From Eledone cirrhosa (lineage: Eukaryota): a stretch of DNA of 64,000 nt. The stretch covers positions 1 through 64,000 of the forward strand of contig CAXHJY010001349.1 of NCBI GenBank assembly GCA_964016885.1, written 5' to 3'. Made by a program: the position numbers and the translations under genes. This document shows, piece after piece, positions 28,006 through 40,415 of the stretch (positions are counted from its first letter, which is position 1; each line of letters starts with the position of its first letter). A model generated the notes under the pieces. It had not been told where the DNA came from. It made no database searches and saw only the letters and a list, made by a program, of their open reading frames with translations.

Positions 28006-29154
28006 ATGGCTAACCAGCAAAAATCCAAACAGAACTGGTCTGATAATGAAATCGACATTCTAATAAACACATGGCATTGCCTTACCCAAACAGTAGATAT
28101 AGATGCTTCATCTCTGAACGACATTGCTAAACGTACAGTTCAATTTTTGAAAACTCGATCTGAACAACAGATTCAAAATAAATTAAAGCAAATCGAAATT
28201 GCTTTTAAATTAATCAATAAACATTTGGATAAACTACGGTGTGTTTTTTCTTCGAATGCTGTCCAGCAGCAGCAACAACAACAACAGCAGCTACAACGGC
28301 AACAACAACAACAGCTACAACAACAACATCAACAACAGCAACAACAACAACAACAACGACAACAACAGTGTGAACCACTCCTTGATTCATCAACAATGGC
28401 CGATCTACTAAATGAAACTATTGACCCCCCAGTAGCCTCTGTCTCACAGCATGAAACGCCACATCCTTTCTCTGGCCCAGCAGTCCAATCATCACCACTG
28501 CCAACATCTCTGCCTACTACTACTACTACAACATTTTTGTCTACTGCTATGTCAAGGAATTTACCTTCTAATACCAGAACAAGAACTCTCCCTCCCACAG
28601 TCCACAAAGGTCGTCAAATCCTACCCAAACCATCATCTACACCTCTCACAACACACACACCCACATACCCACCCACTCGAAACCCCATCATTTGCCGCTA
28701 CTCTCTACGCTATAGAATATGTACGGATAGTGGCTGCAAATTCACCCATTTACCTAGGACAAAACGATCTATCCCCACAAACAGCCACCACCATAATACA
28801 TACTCTAATTTAACACCAACACAACCACCAATAACTCAAACAAGGAATCCACAAATCTGCCGCTTTTCCCTGCGAGACAGATTGTGTTTAGACCGGGATT
28901 GTCCCTTTACCCATCTCCCGGGGACCCGTCGGACAAATGAAAATAAAATTAAAAATAAAAACAAAAACAAAAACCATAACCTACATAAAAATAACCACTA
29001 CCACAGTCACCAACAGTCTTCTAAACAGGAAACTTCTTCCTCTTTTTTAGCCATAATGAATCTGGCAAAAGTACTGGAAAAAAACATTCGAGCTATCACC
29101 CAGCACCACCCTCCACTATCACCCCACTGCACAAACTCCCATTGCTGCCATTAA
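28006..29154 (+). CDS. LINE ORF1: Myb/SANT-like N-terminus, polyQ tract, two CCCH zinc fingers
   Basis: NWSDNEIDILINTW..RSEQQIQNK; CRYSLRYRICTDSGCKFTH and CRFSLRDRLCLDRDCPFTH. Confidence 0.85.
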   Translation: MANQQKSKQNWSDNEIDILINTWHCLTQTVDIDASSLNDIAKRTVQFLKTRSEQQIQNKLKQIEIAFKLINKHLDKLRCVFSSNAVQQQQQQQQQLQRQQQQQLQQQHQQQQQQQQQRQQQCEPLLDSSTMADLLNETIDPPVASVSQHETPHPFSGPAVQSSPLPTSLPTTTTTTFLSTAMSRNLPSNTRTRTLPPTVHKGRQILPKPSSTPLTTHTPTYPPTRNPIICRYSLRYRICTDSGCKFTHLPRTKRSIPTNSHHHNTYSNLTPTQPPITQTRNPQICRFSLRDRLCLDRDCPFTHLPGTRRTNENKIKNKNKNKNHNLHKNNHYHSHQQSSKQETSSSFLAIMNLAKVLEKNIRAITQHHPPLSPHCTNSHCCH

Positions 29155-32100
29155 CAAACAAACAAATTAACAACACACCAAAACAATTAAAACCATCCAC
29201 TCTCGCCTCTACATTTTTGCTTAACGCCCAAGGCATCAGCCCTTCCACCAATACTCAAAAATGGAAGATCAAATTCCTGGAGGACTGGATTGATGTCCAT
29301 CCAAACCACATGCCCTTCTTCGTCCTCACTGAAACCCATCTCAGTAACCTCCACTTGGAAGCCGAGGTGAAAGTGAAAAATTTCAAAGCCATCCGTGCTG
29401 ATCGCGCTGGCAGAAGAAAGGGCGGAACTGCTATTTATGTCCATAATTCTTTCTCAACAGAGGCTATGAACATATTCACTAATGGATACTGTGAGGCAGT
29501 CACTGAATTCAGTCAAACCAACAACCTATTAGTAGTTGGGCTCTATAGGCCACCCCAAACGCCTGTACCATGCTTCAAGGAATGCCTCAACAGCATAAAG
29601 TGTTTCATCCAAGAGTGTCACCCTGACAACATCTTAATGATGGGGGACTTCAACCTCCCCGGAGTTGACTGGTCCACAAACAGCCTGCCACCAGGTTCTT
29701 CTGCCTCAACCTCTGACAGGGAAGCTGTGGAATCGCTTCTTGACTTCATGGATGATTTCTTCCTATCCCAACTGGTGCTCGAACCAACGAGGTGCCACAA
29801 AAACGTCCTAGACTTAATTTTCAGCAATCACACTGACAATATCCACAATATTGCAGTGGAGAAAACTCTACTCTCTGATCATGACATGGTTCTCTGTGAT
29901 CTGAGATTCCACCGTCCAATATACAAACCCAATGTCATCTCTCCTGTCCATCCGTTTGACGCTATGGATTTCCATAATGCAAACTGGGAAGCGATCAGTC
30001 ATGATCTTGCACATGTCGACTGGTCCTTCACGCACACTCATACACCCACTAACATCAAAAAGTCCTGGCAGACATTTGTGGACACTGTTACAAACATATG
30101 TGCTAAACACACCCCATTAAGAACTATAAACAAATCTAAGAGCAGAATCCCTAGAAATAGAAAAACGCTCATCAGAAAAATTAAGAGAACGAACAAAAAA
30201 ATCAACAAGCTGAAATACTGTCAGCAGCAACACATCAACTTAACTGCCATTTCATCACTAGAGATTAAAAAACATAACCTCCAAAACAACATAATGTCCC
30301 TCATCAACAATCAGAGAAGAGCTGACGAGGCCTGGGCCATTGAGAAGATCAAACTCAATCCCAAAGTGTTCTTTTCATTTGCAAAAAAACACAAAATCAC
30401 TGGCTCTACTGTTGGCCCTCTAATTGATGAAAATGGCACTCTTCAAGACAATGCTAAAACCATGGGTGAGATACTGCAGAAACAATACTGCTCTGTTTTC
30501 AGCAATCCTGATATGGCCGATCTGGACTGTATCGGCGATGTTACTCCCCATTACACCTTATCGGACATAACGTTTGGCGCCCCTGATGTCTTGGCGGCAA
30601 TAAAGGAAATCAAGCATAATTCAGCAGTAGGTCCCGATAGGTTCCCTGCTTGTGTCTTGAAGGCGTGTCAACACCAACTTGCATCTCCTCTTGCCAATCT
30701 GTGGCGGAACTCACTGGATGCTGGATATGTGCCAGAAAACCTTCTATCCCAGTCTGTTGTCCCAGTTTTCAAAAAGGGAAACAAATCCCTTGCCGTGAAT
30801 TACCGTCCAATCTCACTCACCTCTCATATCATTAAGGTATTTGAGAGAGTGGTGAGATCGCGAATGACCTACTTCCTTGAGAGTAACAATATGCTGAAAT
30901 CCAACCAGCATGGATTCCGTAATGGAAGGGATTGCCTGACGCAGCTAGTGCATCACTTTGATGACATTTTGAGAGCCTTGGGAGAGGGTTCCAACACTGA
31001 TGTTATCTACCTTGATTTCAGCAAGGCCTTTGACAGGGTTGATCATAACATTCTACTGAGAAAGCTGTCCAATATTGGTGTCACTGGAAAGCTGCTGCAG
31101 TGGATCAAGAGCTTCCTGTCAAACAGAACCCAACATGTTGTAGTTGAGGGAGTCAAATCCAGCCCAGCCAAAGTCAGTAGTGGGGTCCCACAAGGCACTG
31201 TGTTGGGCCCACTTCTCTTCATCATCTATATTAATGACATCACTGACATCATCAAACACAGCAACATTAAAATTTTCGCTGATGATTCCAAGCTCCAAAA
31301 GGTCATCAATGGCGTGGATGACCGGATAAGCCTTCAGTCAGACCTACTGGCTGTTACCCAATGGGCGGAAAAGAACAACATGTTACTGAACGAAGACAAA
31401 TTCGAACTGATCCACTTTGGAAAAGAGGATGCTCTGAAACTCCCGTACTCCCTTCCCTCCGGGGAAACTCTCGTGGCATCTAACAACATCAGAGACTTGG
31501 GAGTAACCGTGGACAGCAACATAAGCTGGACCACGCATATAAGCAGCAAAGTTGACATGGCCCGCAGAATGTGTTCCTGGATCCTCAGAACCTTCCAGTC
31601 GAGAGATTCCCGCACCATTATCCTTCTCTTCTCTACTTTTGCCCGACCACACCTTGAATACTGTTGTCCACTGTGGTCTCCCCACACGAAACAAAGTATC
31701 ATGAAACTTGAAGCTCCTCAAAGGGCAATCACGAAAAAGATAGATGGCATGTCAGACCTTGACTACTGGGGTCGATTAGAAAACCTGAAACTTTACTCAC
31801 TCCAACGTCGCCGTGAGCGTTATATTATCTGCATGATGTGGAAAATGTTCCATCATCACTGCCCAAATGATGTTGGCATCGCCTTCAAGATACACCCAAG
31901 GCTTGGGCCCCGTGCTATCCGTCCCATTCAAAAATCTAAATCGCAACTCATAACAACAATACGGCACAATTATTTCACCTCAATCGGCCCTGCTCTCTTC
32001 AACATCACACCAGGTCACGTCAAAACAGAAACTGACCACACAAAATTCAAGAAGTCTTTGGACAAATTCCTCCAAGTAATCCCGGACAAACCACCCACAC

Positions 32101-32162
32101 CCGGATATGTCTCCGCAAACAGTAATTCTCTTCTCGAATGGGCCATGGTGCCCAAATCCTGA
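29049..32162 (+). CDS. LINE ORF2: AP-like endonuclease plus reverse transcriptase, intact (frame open from 29025; no AUG before APE motif I)
   Basis: LNAQG, LTETH, YRPP, MGDFN, LDL, SDH; NYRPISLT, QHGFR, YLDFSKAFD, GVPQGTVLGP, FADD. Confidence 0.96.
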   Translation, partial: SHNESGKSTGKKHSSYHPAPPSTITPLHKLPLLPLTNKQINNTPKQLKPSTLASTFLLNAQGISPSTNTQKWKIKFLEDWIDVHPNHMPFFVLTETHLSNLHLEAEVKVKNFKAIRADRAGRRKGGTAIYVHNSFSTEAMNIFTNGYCEAVTEFSQTNNLLVVGLYRPPQTPVPCFKECLNSIKCFIQECHPDNILMMGDFNLPGVDWSTNSLPPGSSASTSDREAVESLLDFMDDFFLSQLVLEPTRCHKNVLDLIFSNHTDNIHNIAVEKTLLSDHDMVLCDLRFHRPIYKPNVISPVHPFDAMDFHNANWEAISHDLAHVDWSFTHTHTPTNIKKSWQTFVDTVTNICAKHTPLRTINKSKSRIPRNRKTLIRKIKRTNKKINKLKYCQQQHINLTAISSLEIKKHNLQNNIMSLINNQRRADEAWAIEKIKLNPKVFFSFAKKHKITGSTVGPLIDENGTLQDNAKTMGEILQKQYCSVFSNPDMADLDCIGDVTPHYTLSDITFGAPDVLAAIKEIKHNSAVGPDRFPACVLKACQHQLASPLANLWRNSLDAGYVPENLLSQSVVPVFKKGNKSLAVNYRPISLTSHIIKVFERVVRSRMTYFLESNNMLKSNQHGFRNGRDCLTQLVHHFDDILRALGEGSNTDVIYLDFSKAFDRVDHNILLRKLSNIGVTGKLLQWIKSFLSNRTQHVVVEGVKSSPAKVSSGVPQGTVLGPLLFIIYINDITDIIKHSNIKIFADDSKLQKVINGVDDRISLQSDLLAVTQWAEKNNMLLNEDKFELIHFGKEDALKLPYSLPSGETLVASNNIRDLGVTVDSNISWTTHISSKVDMARRMCSWILRTFQSRDSRTIILLFSTFARPHLEYCCPLWSPHTKQSIMKLEAPQRAITKKIDGMSDLDYWGRLENLKLYSLQRRRERYIICMMWKMFHHHCPNDVGIAFKIHPRLGPRAIRPIQKSKSQLITTIRHNYFTSIGPALFNITPGHVKTETDHTKFKKSLDKFLQVIPDKPPTPGYVSANSNSLLEWAMVPKS

Positions 32163-32261
32163 ATTGAAAGACTTCGCCAGGTGGTGCTATTAAGTTAGAC
32201 ATGGCCTGGGCCAATACTGGCCAAAACATTTCAAAGTTATTCAAAGTTATATATATATATA

Positions 32262-32655
32262 TAAGAGGGTGTTAAAGTTTGCTTGAAGCATTGTGAAATG
32301 TGTAAAAATACGTATTTAAGAAAGCCACAACAATGCAAAGGGAAATCTCGAGGTAGGAAGTGAAATATAGATAGGAAAAACAGGTGAAAGTGAAAATTGA
32401 GAGAGACAAAGATGAAAACAAAACAAAGGTAGAAGGGTTACCGTAGTAGAGATTTAATCCCAATATTTCGGACTCACGCCCATCAACGGGGGAAAAGTTC
32501 CAAAAGGGGGGAAACAGGCCAAGCGGAGAAAGTTGTGATGTCGTTAAGCCAGGAATGCTCTCTCAATTTTCGCTTTCACCTGTTTTTCCTATCTATATTT
32601 CACTTCCTACCTCGAGATTTCCCTTTGCATTGTTGTGGCTTTCTTAAATACGTAT
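32262..32655 (-). mobile_element. Small foldback PLE end: ~95-bp inverted repeat (32308-32405 vs 32559-32655) enclosing a degenerate HHR-like motif (32457-32495)
   Basis: Inverted repeat visible; minus strand tccc-CCGTTGA-t-gggc(gtga)gtcc-GAAA-ta-TT-ggga. Confidence 0.6.
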
Positions 32656-32658
32656 ATA

Positions 32659-32718
<60 letters not shown>

Positions 32719-32725
32719 TATATAC

Positions 32726-32757
<32 letters not shown>

Positions 32758-32758
32758 G

Positions 32759-32806
<48 letters not shown>

Positions 32807-32807
32807 C

Positions 32808-32852
<45 letters not shown>

Positions 32853-32899
32853 TACATATATATATATATACATATATATATACATATATATATATATAC

Positions 32900-32946
<47 letters not shown>

Positions 32947-33016
32947 CATATATATATACATATATATATACATATATATATATATACATATATATACATA
33001 TATATATATACAGATA

Positions 33017-33099
<83 letters not shown>

Positions 33100-33169
33100 A
33101 TATACATATAAATATATATATATATATAAGTATATATATATATAAATATATATATATATACATATAAAT

Positions 33170-33200
<31 letters not shown>

Positions 33201-33281
33201 CATATATATACATTTATATATATAAATATATATATATATAAATATATATATATATACATATATATACATATATATATATAA

Positions 33282-33312
<31 letters not shown>

Positions 33313-33397
33313 AATATATATATAAATATATATATATATATACAATATTAAATAACAATATTAAATAAATGGAAAACTATATTTATAAAACCATATT

Positions 33398-33463
33398 TAT
33401 TTCATTATATATATTTCGGGGATATCATATTAACAATATGCTATGCCTTCATCAGACAAAATA
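33398..33463 (-). ncRNA. Hammerhead ribozyme (left arm of palindrome)
   Basis: Mirror of 35825-35890. Confidence 0.75.
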
Positions 33464-33826
33464 CAATATAAACAGTTTTATAGATAAATATATTCGACAT
33501 ACCGTAATAAACATCAACTTCATTTGAAGAGGTTTAGTCTAGCAGTGAAAATACAGAGAGAAAGAAAGAGAGAAAGAAAAGAGGGAAAAAACGAAAGAAA
33601 GAAAGACAAAACGAAGAAAAGGAAGAAAAAGAAGAAAAAGAAAAAGAAGAAATGCATGGAACAAAATAGAGAGATGGAAAAATAGATAAAGTGAAGAGCT
33701 TCATGTAAAGAGACAGAAAGATATATATATATATAGAGAGAGAGGAAATAGAGATAGATACATATATATATATATAGAAAATTAGGTAGTGGGAGGTCAT
33801 TTTGAGTAAGTGTATCAATGATACAT

Positions 33827-33861
<35 letters not shown>

Positions 33862-34685
33862 GCTCAAGTATTAATGTAAGGGAGATATATAGAGAGATAT
33901 AGAGAGATATAGAGAGAGAAAAAAATTTAAAAATATCCAGACATATTCGAGGCGTAGAAAACCCTATGTTTTAATGTATTAGTATTTATAAAACTTACAC
34001 TACACTGTAAATATCAGTATTCCTGAATGAAACAAGTATTCACAATGTGTGAAAATTGATTATCTTATGTTTAGTTTTAAAAATTCATATGTCTATGTGA
34101 CAGCTACAAATCTCAATGTGAATCCAACTGATTCACTCCGCAAACTCTAAGTTATCGGAAAACATTCTCAATGTGGTATAAAAATTTGAGCGTATTATTA
34201 TTCTTGCGATTACTCTACAAGATTATCTATCAAGCAGAAATAGAGAGCAGATTTCAATATACTAATCGAAAATATATATTATATTATAAACATAATAATA
34301 AGTAAAAATATAGAATAGAAAACTAAAAAAATATTACGAAAGAATATTACATAATAAAAATATTGCATATTAAAAATACTACGTATTAAAAAATATTACG
34401 TATTAAAGATTTACATATAAAAATTTACATATAAAAATATACATATAAAAATTTACATATAAAAATTTACATATAAAAATATATAAAAATATTAAAAAAA
34501 AAAAAAATAAATAAATAAAATAAAAATAAAAATATTATAGAATACTACAATACTAAAAGAGTAAAAGTAAAAATAAAAATAAAAATAAAAATAAAAATAA
34601 AAATAAAAATAAAAATAAAAATAAAAATAAAAATGAAAATAAAAATAAACCACAAAAAAAAAAAAAATTTTTATTTTTATTTTTA

Positions 34686-34716
<31 letters not shown>

Positions 34717-35418
34717 TTTACTTTTATTCTTTTAGTATTGTAGTATTCTATAATATTTTTATTTTTATTTTATTTATTTTTTTTTAAATATTTTTATATA
34801 TTTTTATATGTAAATTTTTATATGTAAATTTTTATATGTATATTTTTATATGTAAATTTTTATATGTAAATCTTTAATACGTAATATTTTTTAATACGTA
34901 GTATTTTTAATATGCAATATTTTTATTATGTAATATTCTTTCGTAATATTTTTTTAGTTTTCTATTCTATATTTTTACTTATTATTATGTTTATAATATA
35001 ATATATATTTTCGATTAGTATATTGAAATCTGCTCTCTATTTCTGCTTGATAGATAATCTTGTAGAGTAATCGCAATAATAATAATACGCTCAAATTTTT
35101 ATACCACATTGAGAATGTTTTCCGATAACTTAGAGTTTGCGGAGTGAATCAGTTGGATTCACATTGAGATTTGTAGCTGTCACATAGACATATGAATTTT
35201 AAAAACTAAACATAAGATAATCAATTTTCACACATTGTGAATACTTGTTTCATTCAGGAATACTGATATTTACAGTGTAGTGTAAGTTTTATAAATACTA
35301 ATACATTAAAACATAGGGTTTTCTACGCCTCGAATATGTCTGGATATTTTTAAATTTTTTTCTCTCTCTATATCTCTCTATATCTTTCTATATATCTCCC
35401 TTACATTAATACTTGAGC

Positions 35419-35453
<35 letters not shown>

Positions 35454-35824
35454 ATGTATCATTGATACACTTACTCAAAATGACCTCCCACTACCTAATT
35501 TTCTATATATATATATATGTATCTATCTCTATTTCCTCTCTCTCTCTATATATATATATATATCTTTCTGTCTCTTTACATGAAGCTCTTCACTTTATCT
35601 ATTTTTCCATCTCTCTATTTTGTTCCATGCATTTCTTCTTTTTCTTTTTCTTCTTTTTCTTCCTTTTCTTCGTTTTGTCTTTCTTTCTTTCTTTCGTTTT
35701 TTCCCTCTTTTCTTTCTCTCTTTCTTTCTCTCTGTATTTTCACTGCTAGACTAAACCTCTTCAAATGAAGTTGATGTTTATTACGGTATGTCGAATATAT
35801 TTATCTATAAAACTGTTTATATTG

Positions 35825-35890
35825 TATTTTGTCTGATGAAGGCATAGCATATTGTTAATATGATATCACCGAAATATATATAATGAAATA
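35825..35890 (+). ncRNA. Hammerhead ribozyme (right arm of palindrome)
   Basis: tattttgt-CTGATGA-agg..catatt(gtt)aatatg..cc-GAAA-tatata-TA-atgaaata. Confidence 0.78.
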
Positions 35891-36054
35891 AATAGGTTTT
35901 ATAAATATAGTTTTCCATTTATTTAATATTATTTAATATTGTAAATATACTCCAAATATTTGTCGAGTGCTTTTATATCAGTTATAAATATTTACTAGTT
36001 GTAACCCAACAATTTTAAATATAACTTTACATATATATATATAAATATATATAC

Positions 36055-36085
<31 letters not shown>

Positions 36086-36086
36086 A

Positions 36087-36119
<33 letters not shown>

Positions 36120-36132
36120 CATACATATATAT

Positions 36133-36175
<43 letters not shown>

Positions 36176-36192
36176 TATATACATATATATAT

Positions 36193-36224
<32 letters not shown>

Positions 36225-36236
36225 ATATATATATAC

Positions 36237-36319
<83 letters not shown>

Positions 36320-36814
36320 CATATATATATACACATATATATATATACATATATACATATATACATATATATATACATATACATATATACATATACATAT
36401 ATACATATATATATACATATATATACGTATATATATATACATATATATATACATATATATATACATATATATATATATACACATATATACATGTATATAT
36501 ATATATATATATATACATATATATATACATATATATATACATATATATACATGTATATATACATATATATATACATATAGATACGTATATATATATATAT
36601 ACATATATATATACATATATATACATGTATATATACATATATATATATACATATATATACATGTATATATACATATATATATATATATACATATATATAT
36701 ACATATATATATATATACATATATATATATACATATATATATATATATGCATATATATATACATATATATATATACATATATATATGCATATATATATAC
36801 ATATATATATATAC

Positions 36815-37059
<245 letters not shown>

Positions 37060-37104
37060 CATATATATATATATGTATATATATACATATATATATATAT
37101 ATAC

Positions 37105-37147
<43 letters not shown>

Positions 37148-37194
37148 TACATATATATATATATACATATATATATACATATATATATATATAC

Positions 37195-37245
<51 letters not shown>

Positions 37246-37332
37246 TATACATATAAATATATATATATATATAAATATATATATATATACATATAAATAT
37301 ATATATATATAAATATATATATACATATAAAT

Positions 37333-37363
<31 letters not shown>

Positions 37364-37438
37364 AATATATATATATATACATATATATACATATATATAT
37401 ATGTATAAATATATATATATACATATATATATATATAA

Positions 37439-37509
<71 letters not shown>

Positions 37510-37516
37510 TATATAC

Positions 37517-37563
<47 letters not shown>

Positions 37564-37667
37564 AATATATATATATATACATATATATATATAAATATAT
37601 ATATATATACATATATATATATACATACATATATATATATATATACATATATATATACATATATATA

Positions 37668-37980
37668 GTATTAGTTATACTATTTATGGTTATGTAAATA
37701 CAAAACCTTAAGCAGTTGTAAGTATTTTACACACACCCTAAATAGTGGTAGGCAGTAATGTATTACTACCTTATTACCAGTAAGTTAAGTAGCTCAATGT
37801 AAAGACATCAGATGATTTACAGAGCAGTTATATGAAATATAAGAATCAAAGAACTGTTCAAAACATTATTGTGCTTACAGCTGTTTCCTCCAAACCTCGG
37901 TTTGGAGGAAACAGCTGTAAGCACAATAATGTTTTGAACTGTTCTTTGATTCTTATATTTCATATATTTCATATTTCATA
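37668..37980 (-). mobile_element. PLE 3' end with ~67-bp-arm foldback (37829-37966) centred on HHR stem II
   Basis: Apex tccaaacc-tc-ggtttgga is identical to stem II of the HHR at 50160-50208; both arms carry GAAA-cagctg-TA-agca. Confidence 0.82.
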
Positions 37981-38001
37981 CATATATATATATATATATA
38001 C

Positions 38002-38032
<31 letters not shown>

Positions 38033-38177
38033 CATATATATATACATATATATATACATATATATATATACATATCTATATACATATATATATACATACA
38101 TATATACATATATATATACATACATATATATATATACATATATATATACAAATATATATATATACATATATATATAC

Positions 38178-38225
<48 letters not shown>

Positions 38226-38511
38226 ACATATATATATACATATATATATATACATATAAACTAACCACGGAGTTTGAGGCAATCCATATATATATACATA
38301 TATATATATACATATATATATATACATATATATATATACATATACATATATATATACATATATATATATACATATACATATATATATATATACATATATA
38401 TATATACATATACATATATACATATATATATATACATATATATACATATATATATATACATATATATATATACATATATATACATATATATATATATATA
38501 CATATATATAC

Positions 38512-38542
<31 letters not shown>

Positions 38543-38624
38543 CATATATATACATATATATATACATATATATATACATATATATATACATATATATATA
38601 CATATATATATACATATATACATA

Positions 38625-38955
38625 CGTGGGAAAGTGAAAATTCGGAGAATAGACCGTTAAAACATGTTTATTTAAAATAACACCTACGTACGTTTCGCCC
38701 AGTTGGGCTTCTCAACTGGGCGAAACGTACGTAGGTGATATTTTAAATAAACATGTTTTAACGGTCTATTATCCGGTTTTTCACTTTCCCACGTGCTTAC
38801 GCTCTGCTAACTCTCTAGCCCACTAAATATTAACACTTCGAATATTTAATACTGCCGGCACTAGTATCGAGCAGCTTTGGCATACGCTACTTGGCAAATA
38901 ACTATATGTATCACCTATCCCTCCTTTTTCTCTCTTTCTCGATACGTAAATACTA
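38625..38955 (+). mobile_element. PLE 3' end with ~80-bp-arm foldback (38625-38794) whose junction lies in the HHR core/stem II
   Basis: Minus arm: TTGAGAA-gccca(ac)tgggc-GAAA-cgtacg-TA-ggtg; plus arm restarts at caactgggcGAAA. Confidence 0.8.
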
Positions 38956-39008
38956 TATATATACATATATATATATATACATATATATATACATATATAT
39001 ATATATAC

Positions 39009-39059
<51 letters not shown>

Positions 39060-39070
39060 CACATATATAC

Positions 39071-39101
<31 letters not shown>

Positions 39102-39306
39102 CATATATATACATATATATATACATATATATACATATATATACATATATATACATATATATATATACATATATATATATACATATATATATATACATAT
39201 ATATATATATACATATATATATATACATATATATATATATACATATATATATATACATATACATATACATATATACATATATATATATACATATACATAT
39301 ATATAC

Positions 39307-39375
<69 letters not shown>

Positions 39376-39513
39376 CATATAAACTAACCACGGAGCTTGA
39401 GGCAATCCATATATATATACATATATATATATACATATATATATATCATATATATATATACATACACATATATATATACATATACATATATATATATACA
39501 TATATACATATAC

Positions 39514-39561
<48 letters not shown>

Positions 39562-39593
39562 ATACATATATATATATACATATATATACATAC

Positions 39594-39624
<31 letters not shown>

Positions 39625-39718
39625 CATATATATACATACATATATATATATACATATATATACATACATATATATATATACATATATATACATACATATA
39701 TATACATATATATACATA

Positions 39719-39752
<34 letters not shown>

Positions 39753-39773
39753 CACACATATATATACATATAT

Positions 39774-39804
<31 letters not shown>

Positions 39805-39959
39805 TATATGTACATATATATACATATAAATACATATACATATATATACATATATATACATATACATATATATACATATATATATACATATATATACATA
39901 TATATATATACATATATATACATATATATACATATATATATATATATACATATATATAC

Positions 39960-40028
<69 letters not shown>

Positions 40029-40030
40029 CA

Positions 40031-40062
<32 letters not shown>

Positions 40063-40065
40063 CAC

Positions 40066-40130
<65 letters not shown>

Positions 40131-40175
40131 CATATATATATACACATATATATATATATATACATATATATATAC

Positions 40176-40206
<31 letters not shown>

Positions 40207-40283
40207 CATATATATACATATATATACATATATATATATACATATATATATATACATATATATATATACATATATATATATAC

Positions 40284-40332
<49 letters not shown>

Positions 40333-40415
40333 CATATATATATACATATATATATATATACATATATATATATACATATATATATATACATATATATATA
40401 TACATATATATATAT

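Larger units (their letters stand above)
27556..32249 (+). mobile_element. Full-length APE-type LINE (CR1/L2/Proto2-like; clade not resolved) inserted in (TA)n
   Basis: 5' UTR, ORF1, ORF2, short 3' UTR ending ttcaaagttattcaaagtta-(TA)n. Confidence 0.95.
33341..36029. mobile_element. ~2.6-kb palindrome (arms ~33341-34650 and ~34667-35943): two head-to-head copies of a non-coding AT-rich HHR element
   Basis: Arm-to-arm reverse complementarity along the whole length, including mirrored short ORFs 33534-33818 and 35462-35749. Confidence 0.9.
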
